DNA of 64,000 nt, from the IMG/VR virus record IMGVR_UViG_3300045988_119033; one strand, written 5' to 3'. Each line of letters opens with the position of its first letter. Position 1 is the first letter of the stretch. The notes under the pieces are model-generated. The model made no database searches. It saw only the letters and a list, made by a program, of their open reading frames with translations, and was not told where the DNA came from. This DNA is from a virus. Both the position numbers and the translations under genes were made by a program. Shown here piece by piece: positions 28,945 through 36,249 of the stretch.

Positions 28945-28963
28945 TACGTGCTTCATGCACGTA
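28945..28963. promoter_or_regulatory. Perfect palindrome TACGTGC-TTCA-TGCACGTA about 30 nt upstream of the ATG at 28991; candidate operator
   Basis: Perfect 7 to 8-bp inverted repeat with a 4-nt spacer, overlapping the likely promoter region of the island's first gene. Confidence 0.4.
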
Positions 28964-28990
28964 TGTTTAACAATTAAATACTATAAAATT

Positions 28991-29998
28991 ATGGGTGGTG
29001 ATAAAATCGTCCTTTTAGATGGAGCCGGGGCTAACGGTGGTGGTGCAGCCACTAACGGTCTTCTTTCAATGATTCCCGGCATGTTTGCTAATTTGATAGG
29101 TGGTAATAAAATGGATCCGAATCTGGTGGCGGCTTTGATGAACGGTCGTAATAACCAGGACGGTTTCGGTGGGGCTAACGGTTGGTGGCTCTGGATAATT
29201 GTTTTGTTCTGGCTGTGGGGTGGACGCGGCTTCGGTAACGGTTTTGGAAATGGTGGTGATTGTTGCGCCAATGGTTTACCCGCTCAGTTGAATAACGATT
29301 ACGGTCGTGAGCTTCTGATGCAGGCAATTCAAGGTAATCGTAGCGCTATAGATCAGATCGCTTCTGCTTTGAACTGTTCTACTACTCAACTTCAGAACGC
29401 TATCTGCAACGTACAGGGTGCTATTGATAAAGTAGCTGGTCAGGTAGGTATGACTTCTCAGGCTGTTATCAACGCAGTTCAACAACAAGGTTGTGAAATC
29501 GGAAATCAAATCAGCTCTTGCTGCTGCAATCTGAGTTCGTTGATCAATCAAAGCACTTGCCAGACTCAGGGAATGATTACTCAGCAAGGTTTTGATAACC
29601 AGCTTCGCACGTTGGAACAAACCAATATCTTGCAGAACGGTCTCAACCAAGGTCTGGCTAACAATCGTGAGCAAGCTACAAGCCAATTCAATATCTTGTC
29701 TGCGAAACTTGACGCTCAAACCGTTATGATCAACGACAAATTCTGTCAGTTGGAAATGAGGGAGATGCAGAACACTATTGCTCAACTTCGTGAAGAAAAA
29801 GCGGCTTTGACAGCTTCGGCATTATCTCAGCAACAGACCCAGAATATCGTTGGTCAATTACGTCCTTGTCCGGTTCCTGCTTATCCCTCTTGTTCTCCTT
29901 ATCAGTCCTATACTTGGGGACAGGTATTCGGAGGAGGTTGCTGCAATAACGGATGTGGATGTAACAACGGATGTTGCAATAACAACGCTGCTGTCTGA
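28991..29998 (+). CDS. Q/N/G-rich low-complexity protein with a Trp-rich hydrophobic segment and a Cys-rich C-terminus
   Basis: GAGANGGGAATNG; the hydrophobic stretch WWLWIIVLFWLW; long Gln/Asn-rich heptad-like repeats; C-terminal GGGCCNNGCGCNNGCCNNN. The start is revised to the ATG at 28991. Antisense ORFs 29276-29785 and 29775-30431 are judged to be artefacts. Confidence 0.5.
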   Translation: MGGDKIVLLDGAGANGGGAATNGLLSMIPGMFANLIGGNKMDPNLVAALMNGRNNQDGFGGANGWWLWIIVLFWLWGGRGFGNGFGNGGDCCANGLPAQLNNDYGRELLMQAIQGNRSAIDQIASALNCSTTQLQNAICNVQGAIDKVAGQVGMTSQAVINAVQQQGCEIGNQISSCCCNLSSLINQSTCQTQGMITQQGFDNQLRTLEQTNILQNGLNQGLANNREQATSQFNILSAKLDAQTVMINDKFCQLEMREMQNTIAQLREEKAALTASALSQQQTQNIVGQLRPCPVPAYPSCSPYQSYTWGQVFGGGCCNNGCGCNNGCCNNNAAV

Positions 29999-30021
29999 TT
30001 TTATTAAGAGAGGAGGCTAAT

Positions 30022-30435
30022 ATGGCTTGTGTTTCTAAAATAGGATCGTTGTATGAGATGGTTACGAAGAATGTTATTGTCAGTACGACAAATACAATCT
30101 TCGGTATTAACCCACGGGCTTGGATCGCCCTTCCGTGTGAGGGTCTTATCCTTCTTAAGATAAGGCAAGTAGTCCCCACAGCCGGAAGTGCTCTACCGGT
30201 ACAGATTGCGGTCCCGGCAAACAGCACAGTTTCAACAGTAGGAGCCGACACCTGTTGCCCGGTTACGGGAGTGAATGTCGTGAACCCTATTAACGTAGCT
30301 GTCACGGGTGATGCTATGGTAAATGGCACAGAACGCCTTCTGTACTTCAATAAAGTTCGTGGCGTGTTAAGATTAATGGATTGCTGTGTTCCAGTAGCGG
30401 CAGCCCAGGCGTCTGAAACTAAGGTAAGCAAATGA
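30022..30435 (+). CDS. Hypothetical protein (137 aa), Val/Thr/Cys-rich
   Basis: Plus-strand ORF consistent with the flow of neighbouring genes. No domain recognised. Confidence 0.4.
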   Translation: MACVSKIGSLYEMVTKNVIVSTTNTIFGINPRAWIALPCEGLILLKIRQVVPTAGSALPVQIAVPANSTVSTVGADTCCPVTGVNVVNPINVAVTGDAMVNGTERLLYFNKVRGVLRLMDCCVPVAAAQASETKVSK

Positions 30436-30506
30436 TTTTTAGTAGGGTGATAAACCTGGTCATAGGGACTATCACCCTATTTTTCTAACAGATAAATATT
30501 TCGGTC

Positions 30507-30995
30507 ATGTTTTCAGATTTAAAGAAAGGGTTTCAGGTACATACCCTTGATACTAATACAGTACCTAAATACGAATTGGGAAGAGTGGTAGCCGTATCGG
30601 AACCAAGATACCTTCCTCCGCAGCCTGGACAATACCAGACCATGCAGACGCGCGTGGTGGATCTTACAGTGGAGCTTACAGGAGAAACCAAGACCTATAC
30701 AGTTCCCGAATCTCAGAATGTGGCTAAAGCAATGGGAATAACATTGTCTACAAGCATAGATCCTATTATGAATGAATTGAATGCTATAAAAAACACCAGT
30801 CAGGAAATAATAGATAGCGTAGATACTCATCGTGCAAAGATCGAAGCTTGTGAATCCATATTGGAAGAAGTTAACCCAGCATTTAAACAGACAAGAGAGC
30901 AAGATCGTAAAATAGCTGGTATAGAAAATAAGGTCAATGATCTTACTGATTCATTTGAAGATTTAAAGAAGTTGATTGTAGAACGTTTGAAATAA
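30507..30995 (+). CDS. Hypothetical protein (162 aa) with a C-terminal coiled-coil
   Basis: ORF with a beta-rich N-terminal half and a helical charged C-terminus. Confidence 0.45.
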   Translation: MFSDLKKGFQVHTLDTNTVPKYELGRVVAVSEPRYLPPQPGQYQTMQTRVVDLTVELTGETKTYTVPESQNVAKAMGITLSTSIDPIMNELNAIKNTSQEIIDSVDTHRAKIEACESILEEVNPAFKQTREQDRKIAGIENKVNDLTDSFEDLKKLIVERLK

Positions 30996-31002
30996 GTATA
31001 AT

Positions 31003-31374
31003 ATGATAGTATATGATTTAAATTCAGGACAAAGAGAATATCCTGGATATGACGAGATAGAAGATAGACGAGGCAGAGGTCGTAGTCGTCGTTCTGATGG
31101 GACGTACATGGGTTACGGACATGGATTCCTTCCTCCTTATGACCATTATGGTATGCATGAAAAAATGAAAGAGATGGAAGAACGTGAAAACGAGTTGGAA
31201 GAAAGAGAAAGAAGACTCGAAGAACGCGAACGCCGTCATGAAATGGAGGACCGGGAATACCGGAGGATGGGTTACGAATCTTACCCGACCGATTATTATG
31301 GAGACGACAGATACTACGGTGATGGTCCCCAGATGCGTAGAGGTAGGGGAAGAGGTCGTGGTCGTTCTTATTGA
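31003..31374 (+). CDS. RG/RGG-, Tyr- and Glu/Arg-rich low-complexity protein (123 aa)
   Basis: RGRGRSRRS ... ERERRLEERERRHE ... DYYGDDRYYGDG ... RRGRGRGRGRSY. Ends at a TGA that is in frame with ORF 31468. Confidence 0.5.
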   Translation: MIVYDLNSGQREYPGYDEIEDRRGRGRSRRSDGTYMGYGHGFLPPYDHYGMHEKMKEMEERENELEERERRLEERERRHEMEDREYRRMGYESYPTDYYGDDRYYGDGPQMRRGRGRGRGRSY

Positions 31375-31467
31375 GGAGCAGACGCAGAGGATCCAGCTTA
31401 TCAGAAATATGTAGACACTTACGGCTATCATTTCTCTAATGAACTTGCTGACGAAGCGGTTAAGAAA

Positions 31468-31761
31468 ATGGTTAACGTCGATGGATCTAAAAGGATCTGG
31501 AAGCAGTCGGAGATAAAAGATATTTTTGAAAAGTGCGGAGCGAAGAAGCCGGATAAAGCGACATGGGGCGATGTCCAATATGTCTTTGCAATGTACTATT
31601 CGGATGGCTTCCCGAAGATCTTCAAATGTGAGAACGAGCTGGTGAAAGCTACGTTAATGTATTTGAATGATCCGGATGCCCCCGAAGGAGTAGCCTTTAT
31701 AAGATGGCTTGCCGTGCAAGATTACCTCGGCGAAAAAATAAGCTGGAAGGATCTGACCTGA
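31468..31761 (+). CDS. Hypothetical protein (97 aa). Same frame as the RG-rich gene, separated from it by a single TGA and 31 sense codons
   Basis: First ATG at 31468. The in-frame upstream stretch GADAEDPAYQKYVDTYGYHFSNELADEAVKK has no start codon. Confidence 0.4.
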   Translation: MVNVDGSKRIWKQSEIKDIFEKCGAKKPDKATWGDVQYVFAMYYSDGFPKIFKCENELVKATLMYLNDPDAPEGVAFIRWLAVQDYLGEKISWKDLT

Positions 31762-31867
31762 GATCCAGACCCAAGTCCTTCCGGCGGTGCGGGAGCCATA
31801 GTAAAAAATATGATTCCCGCATTCCCGTTTTTCCCGAAAGGGAATAAAAAGAATAAAAAATATGATA

Positions 31868-31909
31868 CCGGTCGGCGGGCAATAGAATACCCGTGGCCGG
31901 TTTGTTTTT
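31868..31909 (+). terminator. GC-rich hairpin followed by a TTTGTTTTT terminator
   Basis: CCGGTCGGCGGG...CCCGTGGCCGG imperfect stem with a T-run. Confidence 0.45.
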
Positions 31910-31921
31910 ATAGCATTTTTT

Positions 31922-32104
31922 TTGGACATGAATACAGCGCATGAATCTAAGTCGAATAAGACTCTTTTGCATATAATAGGAGAACTAATAGGTGTGCCAA
32001 ATACGGTTATAGATACGGCATTGCACGATCTGAAAGACAAAATAGATAAAGATCCTCAATATAAAGACATTAAAAAATGGCTTGAGTCTTTGCCTAAGAT
32101 CTGA
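31922..32104 (+). CDS. Small hypothetical protein (60 aa)
   Basis: ORF bracketed by two terminators. Confidence 0.3.
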   Translation: MDMNTAHESKSNKTLLHIIGELIGVPNTVIDTALHDLKDKIDKDPQYKDIKKWLESLPKI

Positions 32105-32125
32105 CTATGTTTTATGCTTGATACC

Positions 32126-32160
32126 AAACCCGATATACTTTAACGTATCGGGTTTTTATT
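32126..32160 (+). terminator. Rho-independent terminator
   Basis: 10-bp stem AAACCCGATA/TATCGGGTTT, followed by TTTATTTT. Confidence 0.65.
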
Positions 32161-32234
32161 TTAATATACATTGTATTATTTTAAATCAAATTGATTTATA
32201 TATATCTTACTTTTGTTGAAAAAAATAAGATATA

Positions 32235-32461
32235 TGGAAAATAAAGAAGATTACATTGGGTACGAAGATCAAGAGCTGTGTAACCAATATTACAAAGAGG
32301 CGGAGGCCATAAGACAAAAGCAGGACTGGCCTCGGCTTAGGGCTGTCGCTGCTCCGGCAAAGGGAACGCCATCGCCCGGCTGGGGTCAGCTTGGACGTGG
32401 AAACGATGTCCGTGTTAAGTACGTTAGCATCAATTCGGGATTGGGAGGAGACAGGTTATGA
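32235..32461 (+). CDS. Small hypothetical protein (75 aa from the revised start)
   Basis: A -7-like box TACTTTTG at 32203-32210 favours the ATG at 32235 over the one at 32213. The stop overlaps the next start (ATGA). Confidence 0.4.
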
Positions 32462-32676
32462 CAGTAGAAGAATTGGCTAACAAAAGATACGGTGGTGAGT
32501 TTGTTTTCATGTTTGGTCATCTTGAAGGTAGAACAAGATTCGTTTTTGAATGCTTTGATCCCAGGCCTGATCACGAAGGTAAAAATACCTATATGGTTTC
32601 TTATTTTGAGAAGGAACTTCATAGAAGAGATGTGGTAGATGTACCGTATTATATGAATGTTTCAGCGAAATCATGA
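32458..32676 (+). CDS. Small hypothetical protein (72 aa)
   Basis: Translationally coupled (ATGA overlaps at both ends). Confidence 0.45.
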   Translation: MTVEELANKRYGGEFVFMFGHLEGRTRFVFECFDPRPDHEGKNTYMVSYFEKELHRRDVVDVPYYMNVSAKS

Positions 32677-32876
32677 AAACACTACTTTTAAACGTACCTT
32701 CTTTCTCTGGTAAGATAGTTTCTCCTACCTGGATTAAAGCCGTAAGAGATTTCCAATCCAGATCGAAGGCAGAAAGAGACTCGTATTGTTCGATTTATGG
32801 ATGCACAGGAGGGTGTAACTTGTGTGATGATATAAGTAAATATAGGATTTCAGAACAATTAAAATATTATAGATAA
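32673..32876 (+). CDS. Small Cys-containing hypothetical protein (67 aa)
   Basis: Overlapping-stop coupling with its neighbours. Confidence 0.45.
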   Translation: MKTLLLNVPSFSGKIVSPTWIKAVRDFQSRSKAERDSYCSIYGCTGGCNLCDDISKYRISEQLKYYR

Positions 32877-32877
32877 T

Positions 32878-33513
32878 ATGGTTAGAATCGCATATTTCGG
32901 AACCAATGGCTGCCCTGGTCATCACGTTATTCCAATACGAGGTAAATTTACGGAAGAGGATGTTAAGGTAATAGAATCTGTAGATTGTGATGATTTCTAT
33001 AAGGTGTTTGATGTCATGCGTTTTAAGATAGCTGAGTTTAAAGGATGGACGATATTGGGAATCCCGGCAAGCTTAGACGATCATAGACCTGGAAGCAAAA
33101 CCGTTATCTTCATAGAGGGTAAAGCTAACGAAGCTGACTTTATGGAAGTCATACAAGAGTATTCTTTTCTTAAAAATAAGGTAAAGAAACTTGCCGAATT
33201 GTATCATGATGGAGAATGGCTTGCGACTGGTAAATTGAATCAAGATCCGCCTACTAACGAGGAGCGGTTTCAATTTACGTTAGACAAGGATGATATTATT
33301 AACATGATTAGGGGAGTCGATTTAGATCCTTATTCTGATGTGGCGAATGAAATGGAGAAAATTGGATTGGGGAAATCATCTGATTCTTCATATGATGGTC
33401 CCATATGGTCTTGGTTTGCTAACAAAGTAGATCTTTTGCAGAAGAATAATGTATGGGATGTTTTTTCTGCTAAGTTCTTATGGGATTTGTATTGTAGGAT
33501 AAAGAAAGTATAG
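32878..33513 (+). CDS. Hypothetical protein (211 aa)
   Basis: ORF starting 2 nt after the upstream stop. No domain recognised. Confidence 0.5.
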   Translation: MVRIAYFGTNGCPGHHVIPIRGKFTEEDVKVIESVDCDDFYKVFDVMRFKIAEFKGWTILGIPASLDDHRPGSKTVIFIEGKANEADFMEVIQEYSFLKNKVKKLAELYHDGEWLATGKLNQDPPTNEERFQFTLDKDDIINMIRGVDLDPYSDVANEMEKIGLGKSSDSSYDGPIWSWFANKVDLLQKNNVWDVFSAKFLWDLYCRIKKV

Positions 33514-33524
33514 TAACAATTAAT

Positions 33525-34295
33525 TTGAAACAAATTATGGAATTAAAAGATTTTAAAGATGTAGTTAGAGCAATGACAAAAGAAGAGTTCGAATCAGCAA
33601 TCAACGAAGATATTAAATTCGTTGAAAGATTTAAGCATTTTTTTAAACATGATGATGTTGCGAGGATAATAGAACACGTAAAGTCAGTGTTAGAAGCATC
33701 AGTGGACTACTGCTATCCGAATCATCCTGAACCTAAAGCAGAACCTGGAGACATGGGAGAGGTTTCTGATGGATACCATACTTTCAATGAATTGTATCGG
33801 TACCGCATGTTGTATAACGCCGCCTTTTTTAATCTATTAGCCAGAAATGGACAGGTTGAAGTTTGCAAATCAAGAAAGCACAGCGATGGAGAAAAATGTT
33901 TCGGTTCTGATGACTGGTTTATTGTGATGGCGATCCTGCCTACCGGTCAGGTATCTAATCACTATAAAAGCAAATACTGGGATTTGTTTGATGTTCCTGA
34001 AAGAGAAACCGCTTTCGAATACGATGGCCATACACCAAATGAAGCTGCTGATAGGATAGAAAAGTACCTTAAGTTGCCTTGTTACGGTATGACGTTTGAA
34101 AAGGCTTTGGAATCACTCAAATTGGGTCACAAGATAAAGAGAACTGATTGGGGTGGAAAGTATATCCAGATGTTTGTTTCGTATTCTAACATAATTTTAT
34201 TAATGGTAGATACAGATCAAAAGTCGACAACAGAATGGATCCCTTCTTATAACGATATAGTGTCTAACGACTGGATAGTATTACAATTACAATGA
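33525..34295 (+). CDS. Two-domain protein: unknown N-terminal domain plus a C-terminal DUF2829-like domain
   Basis: The C-terminus MTFEKALESLKLGHKIKRTDWGGKYI ... WIPSYNDIVSNDWIVLQ fits the remembered DUF2829 pattern (MxFxEALxxLKxGKKVxRxGWxGK ... W.P...DLL..DW). Confidence 0.5.
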   Translation: MKQIMELKDFKDVVRAMTKEEFESAINEDIKFVERFKHFFKHDDVARIIEHVKSVLEASVDYCYPNHPEPKAEPGDMGEVSDGYHTFNELYRYRMLYNAAFFNLLARNGQVEVCKSRKHSDGEKCFGSDDWFIVMAILPTGQVSNHYKSKYWDLFDVPERETAFEYDGHTPNEAADRIEKYLKLPCYGMTFEKALESLKLGHKIKRTDWGGKYIQMFVSYSNIILLMVDTDQKSTTEWIPSYNDIVSNDWIVLQLQ

Positions 34296-34567
34296 GTTTA
34301 TTTGTATGTTCAAAGTGTGGCTGTATAGATAATACAGCCACATCATGTTACTGGGCTCTTATAAGACCTTGTAAGAATCGTATTTACGATAAGTCGCTAA
34401 AGGGATATGAAGGCAAGCCTCTTTGTTCTGAATGTGCCGCTATTGAATATAGTAAGGGAGACGAAGTGGTGGTAGTTCCTGGAACGTGGCACGGTAAGTT
34501 CAAGAAAGAATGGCCTACTGAAGAAGAAAAGAAGCATATTGGTAAAAATGGTATTTTAAATTATTGA
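34292..34567 (+). CDS. Zinc-ribbon protein (91 aa)
   Basis: CxxC ... C ... C and CxxC spacing. Start overlaps the upstream stop. Confidence 0.45.
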   Translation: MSLFVCSKCGCIDNTATSCYWALIRPCKNRIYDKSLKGYEGKPLCSECAAIEYSKGDEVVVVPGTWHGKFKKEWPTEEEKKHIGKNGILNY

Positions 34568-34570
34568 TTT

Positions 34571-34876
34571 ATGTGTGATAAGGAAATTGTTATATGCGCA
34601 GCTATCTGGGTTCAAGATTACAAGAATAAGCCTCACGGTCCAATAAATATACCATCCGGAACCGTATTTTGTGGATTGAGACATTGTTCTATCATTTCTC
34701 AGTTTGCAGCTTATGGTATTGCCCATAAAAACCGTAGTATTCAAGGATTTTTGACAAGCAAGAACCGGTTTCTAACAAGAGAGGAAGCATCTGAACTTGT
34801 TAGAAACAATAATCAAGAAATGGTAGTAGATAGGAATGCCATTAGAGAACAATTGTATTCGGAAGATTTATATTAA
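34571..34876 (+). CDS. Hypothetical protein (101 aa)
   Basis: ORF in the coupled operon. Confidence 0.45.
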   Translation: MCDKEIVICAAIWVQDYKNKPHGPINIPSGTVFCGLRHCSIISQFAAYGIAHKNRSIQGFLTSKNRFLTREEASELVRNNNQEMVVDRNAIREQLYSEDLY

Positions 34877-34892
34877 CTAAAAACAAAATAAT

Positions 34893-35249
34893 ATGGGATT
34901 TAGAATCAGAAAGTCAATCTTTTATGATATGATGGACGGCAATCAGTTAGAGTACGAATCTGACAACAAGAATTTAGATCATATCACATTTAAAGGTGAT
35001 GGCAAAGAATCTTTTTCATTTAACAGAGTTCTTGTTGAAAATTTAATTGAGACATTTGAGACCATGCAGGATATATACTCCGATAATTATAGGCTTAAGG
35101 TTTATACTGGTAATTGCATAATTCAATTGAACGCAAATCCAAAGGACCCCAGTAAATCCTTTTTTGACGTATATGATAGAGATGAGATGAAATTGATATA
35201 CGGAATAAAGATCAGTATTCTGAAAGAAATGTTTGGCATATGCATATGA
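34893..35249 (+). CDS. Hypothetical protein (118 aa)
   Basis: ORF in the operon. Confidence 0.45.
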   Translation: MGFRIRKSIFYDMMDGNQLEYESDNKNLDHITFKGDGKESFSFNRVLVENLIETFETMQDIYSDNYRLKVYTGNCIIQLNANPKDPSKSFFDVYDRDEMKLIYGIKISILKEMFGICI

Positions 35250-35569
35250 TTACTAAACAAGATATACAAGCAGCAGCATCGTATATTTTCCGAAGCAGTT
35301 TTGTCTCAGAAAACCAGGCAAGGAAAGTAACGATAAGAGCCGGTAATAAAGCTACCAAGAACCTTGTCAAGACCTTCAGAGGAAAGTTGTTCAAGAAGGC
35401 TTTTGGAAGAGCTCGTAGAGGAAAGGATATCAGTTCTTTTGAAAGACAAGAAAAAGAAAGTGGTTTTAATTTCCTTTACAATCTTAATAATGGTCGTATG
35501 CGAAGCGGTCATATTATAATAGACGGAATTGGTCTGTTTAAACAAATAATCTATGAAGTTCAACATTAA
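35240..35569 (+). CDS. Basic hypothetical protein (109 aa)
   Basis: Lys/Arg-rich ORF overlapping its neighbours. Confidence 0.4.
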   Translation: MHMITKQDIQAAASYIFRSSFVSENQARKVTIRAGNKATKNLVKTFRGKLFKKAFGRARRGKDISSFERQEKESGFNFLYNLNNGRMRSGHIIIDGIGLFKQIIYEVQH

Positions 35570-35735
35570 AGGTAAAAAAGCTGATATTCGTTTAGGCAGA
35601 GGTCTGGCGAATCAGATTAAAATAAACAAAACCATCCCAACGTCTCATAAACCAAAAGAAGAACGTAGAATGATGTTTATTTGTGGTGATGATATTGCTT
35701 CTCTTATAAAGCGGTTTGAAAACGAATCAAAGTAA
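35553..35735 (+). CDS. Small basic protein (60 aa)
   Basis: ORF followed by a strong terminator. Confidence 0.3.
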   Translation: MKFNIKGKKADIRLGRGLANQIKINKTIPTSHKPKEERRMMFICGDDIASLIKRFENESK

Positions 35736-35741
35736 AAAAAG

Positions 35742-35771
35742 GTCGGACATGTATCTTGTCCGACTTTTTTT
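35742..35771 (+). terminator. Rho-independent terminator
   Basis: Stem GTCGGACA/TGTCCGAC with loop TGTATCT, followed by a T7 run. Confidence 0.7.
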
Positions 35772-35784
35772 ATATATTTGCGCT

Positions 35785-36108
35785 ATGGCAAGAGGTTATT
35801 ATTGGATACCACAAACAGATGAAACGTTAAATGGCATAAGCTATTACGTGGCTAAGGTAGTAGGAGATATCACATTTGATACCAAACGAAAAAGAATCGT
35901 ATTTCAAGCTGATAGATATTTCCCTGTAGGATCTGTTTTCCATTTTACACACAATTGCTTCAATTATATCATAACTTGCCGACTTCGCAAGCCAGGGCTT
36001 TGGTTTGAAGCCAGGAGAGAAGATTCGGGCCCTATTTGCCCTGAAGATATTGAACGTTTTGAATCGGGAAGGTTTATTCATAGAAATGGGTACAAATACA
36101 ATGCATAA
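35785..36108 (+). CDS. Hypothetical protein (107 aa from the revised start)
   Basis: The track start at 35716 lies upstream of, and would read through, the terminator hairpin; the ATG at 35785 is preferred. Confidence 0.4.
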   Translation: MARGYYWIPQTDETLNGISYYVAKVVGDITFDTKRKRIVFQADRYFPVGSVFHFTHNCFNYIITCRLRKPGLWFEARREDSGPICPEDIERFESGRFIHRNGYKYNA

Positions 36109-36159
36109 GCGTAACTTGACGATTTGCGTCAGATTATAATTTTTTTTCATATTATTTTT

Positions 36160-36198
36160 AAGCCATCAGACTGAGAAGTTAGATGGCTTAATTTTTTA
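36160..36198 (+). terminator. Rho-independent terminator closing the small-gene island
   Basis: Stem AAGCCATC/GATGGCTT with a 14-nt loop, followed by AATTTTTTAT. Confidence 0.6.
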
Positions 36199-36217
36199 TG
36201 ATATGCTTGATTTTTGG

Positions 36218-36225
36218 CTACCTTT
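36218..36225 (+). promoter_or_regulatory. -7 box TACCTTTG upstream of the 2138-aa gene
   Basis: TAnnTTTG motif about 25 nt before the ATG at 36250. The octamer is identical to the one at 8170. Confidence 0.4.
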
Positions 36226-36249
36226 GTCTCATAACAAAAATGTTTTATC

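Noticed and set aside
29276-30431. Long minus-strand ORFs (169 and 218 aa) overlapping the Q/N-rich gene and ORF 30022
   Set aside because: They arise from CAG/CAA-type periodicity (reverse complement Leu/Cys-rich low complexity). All surrounding genes are plus-strand, with operon-like spacing and upstream operator palindromes.
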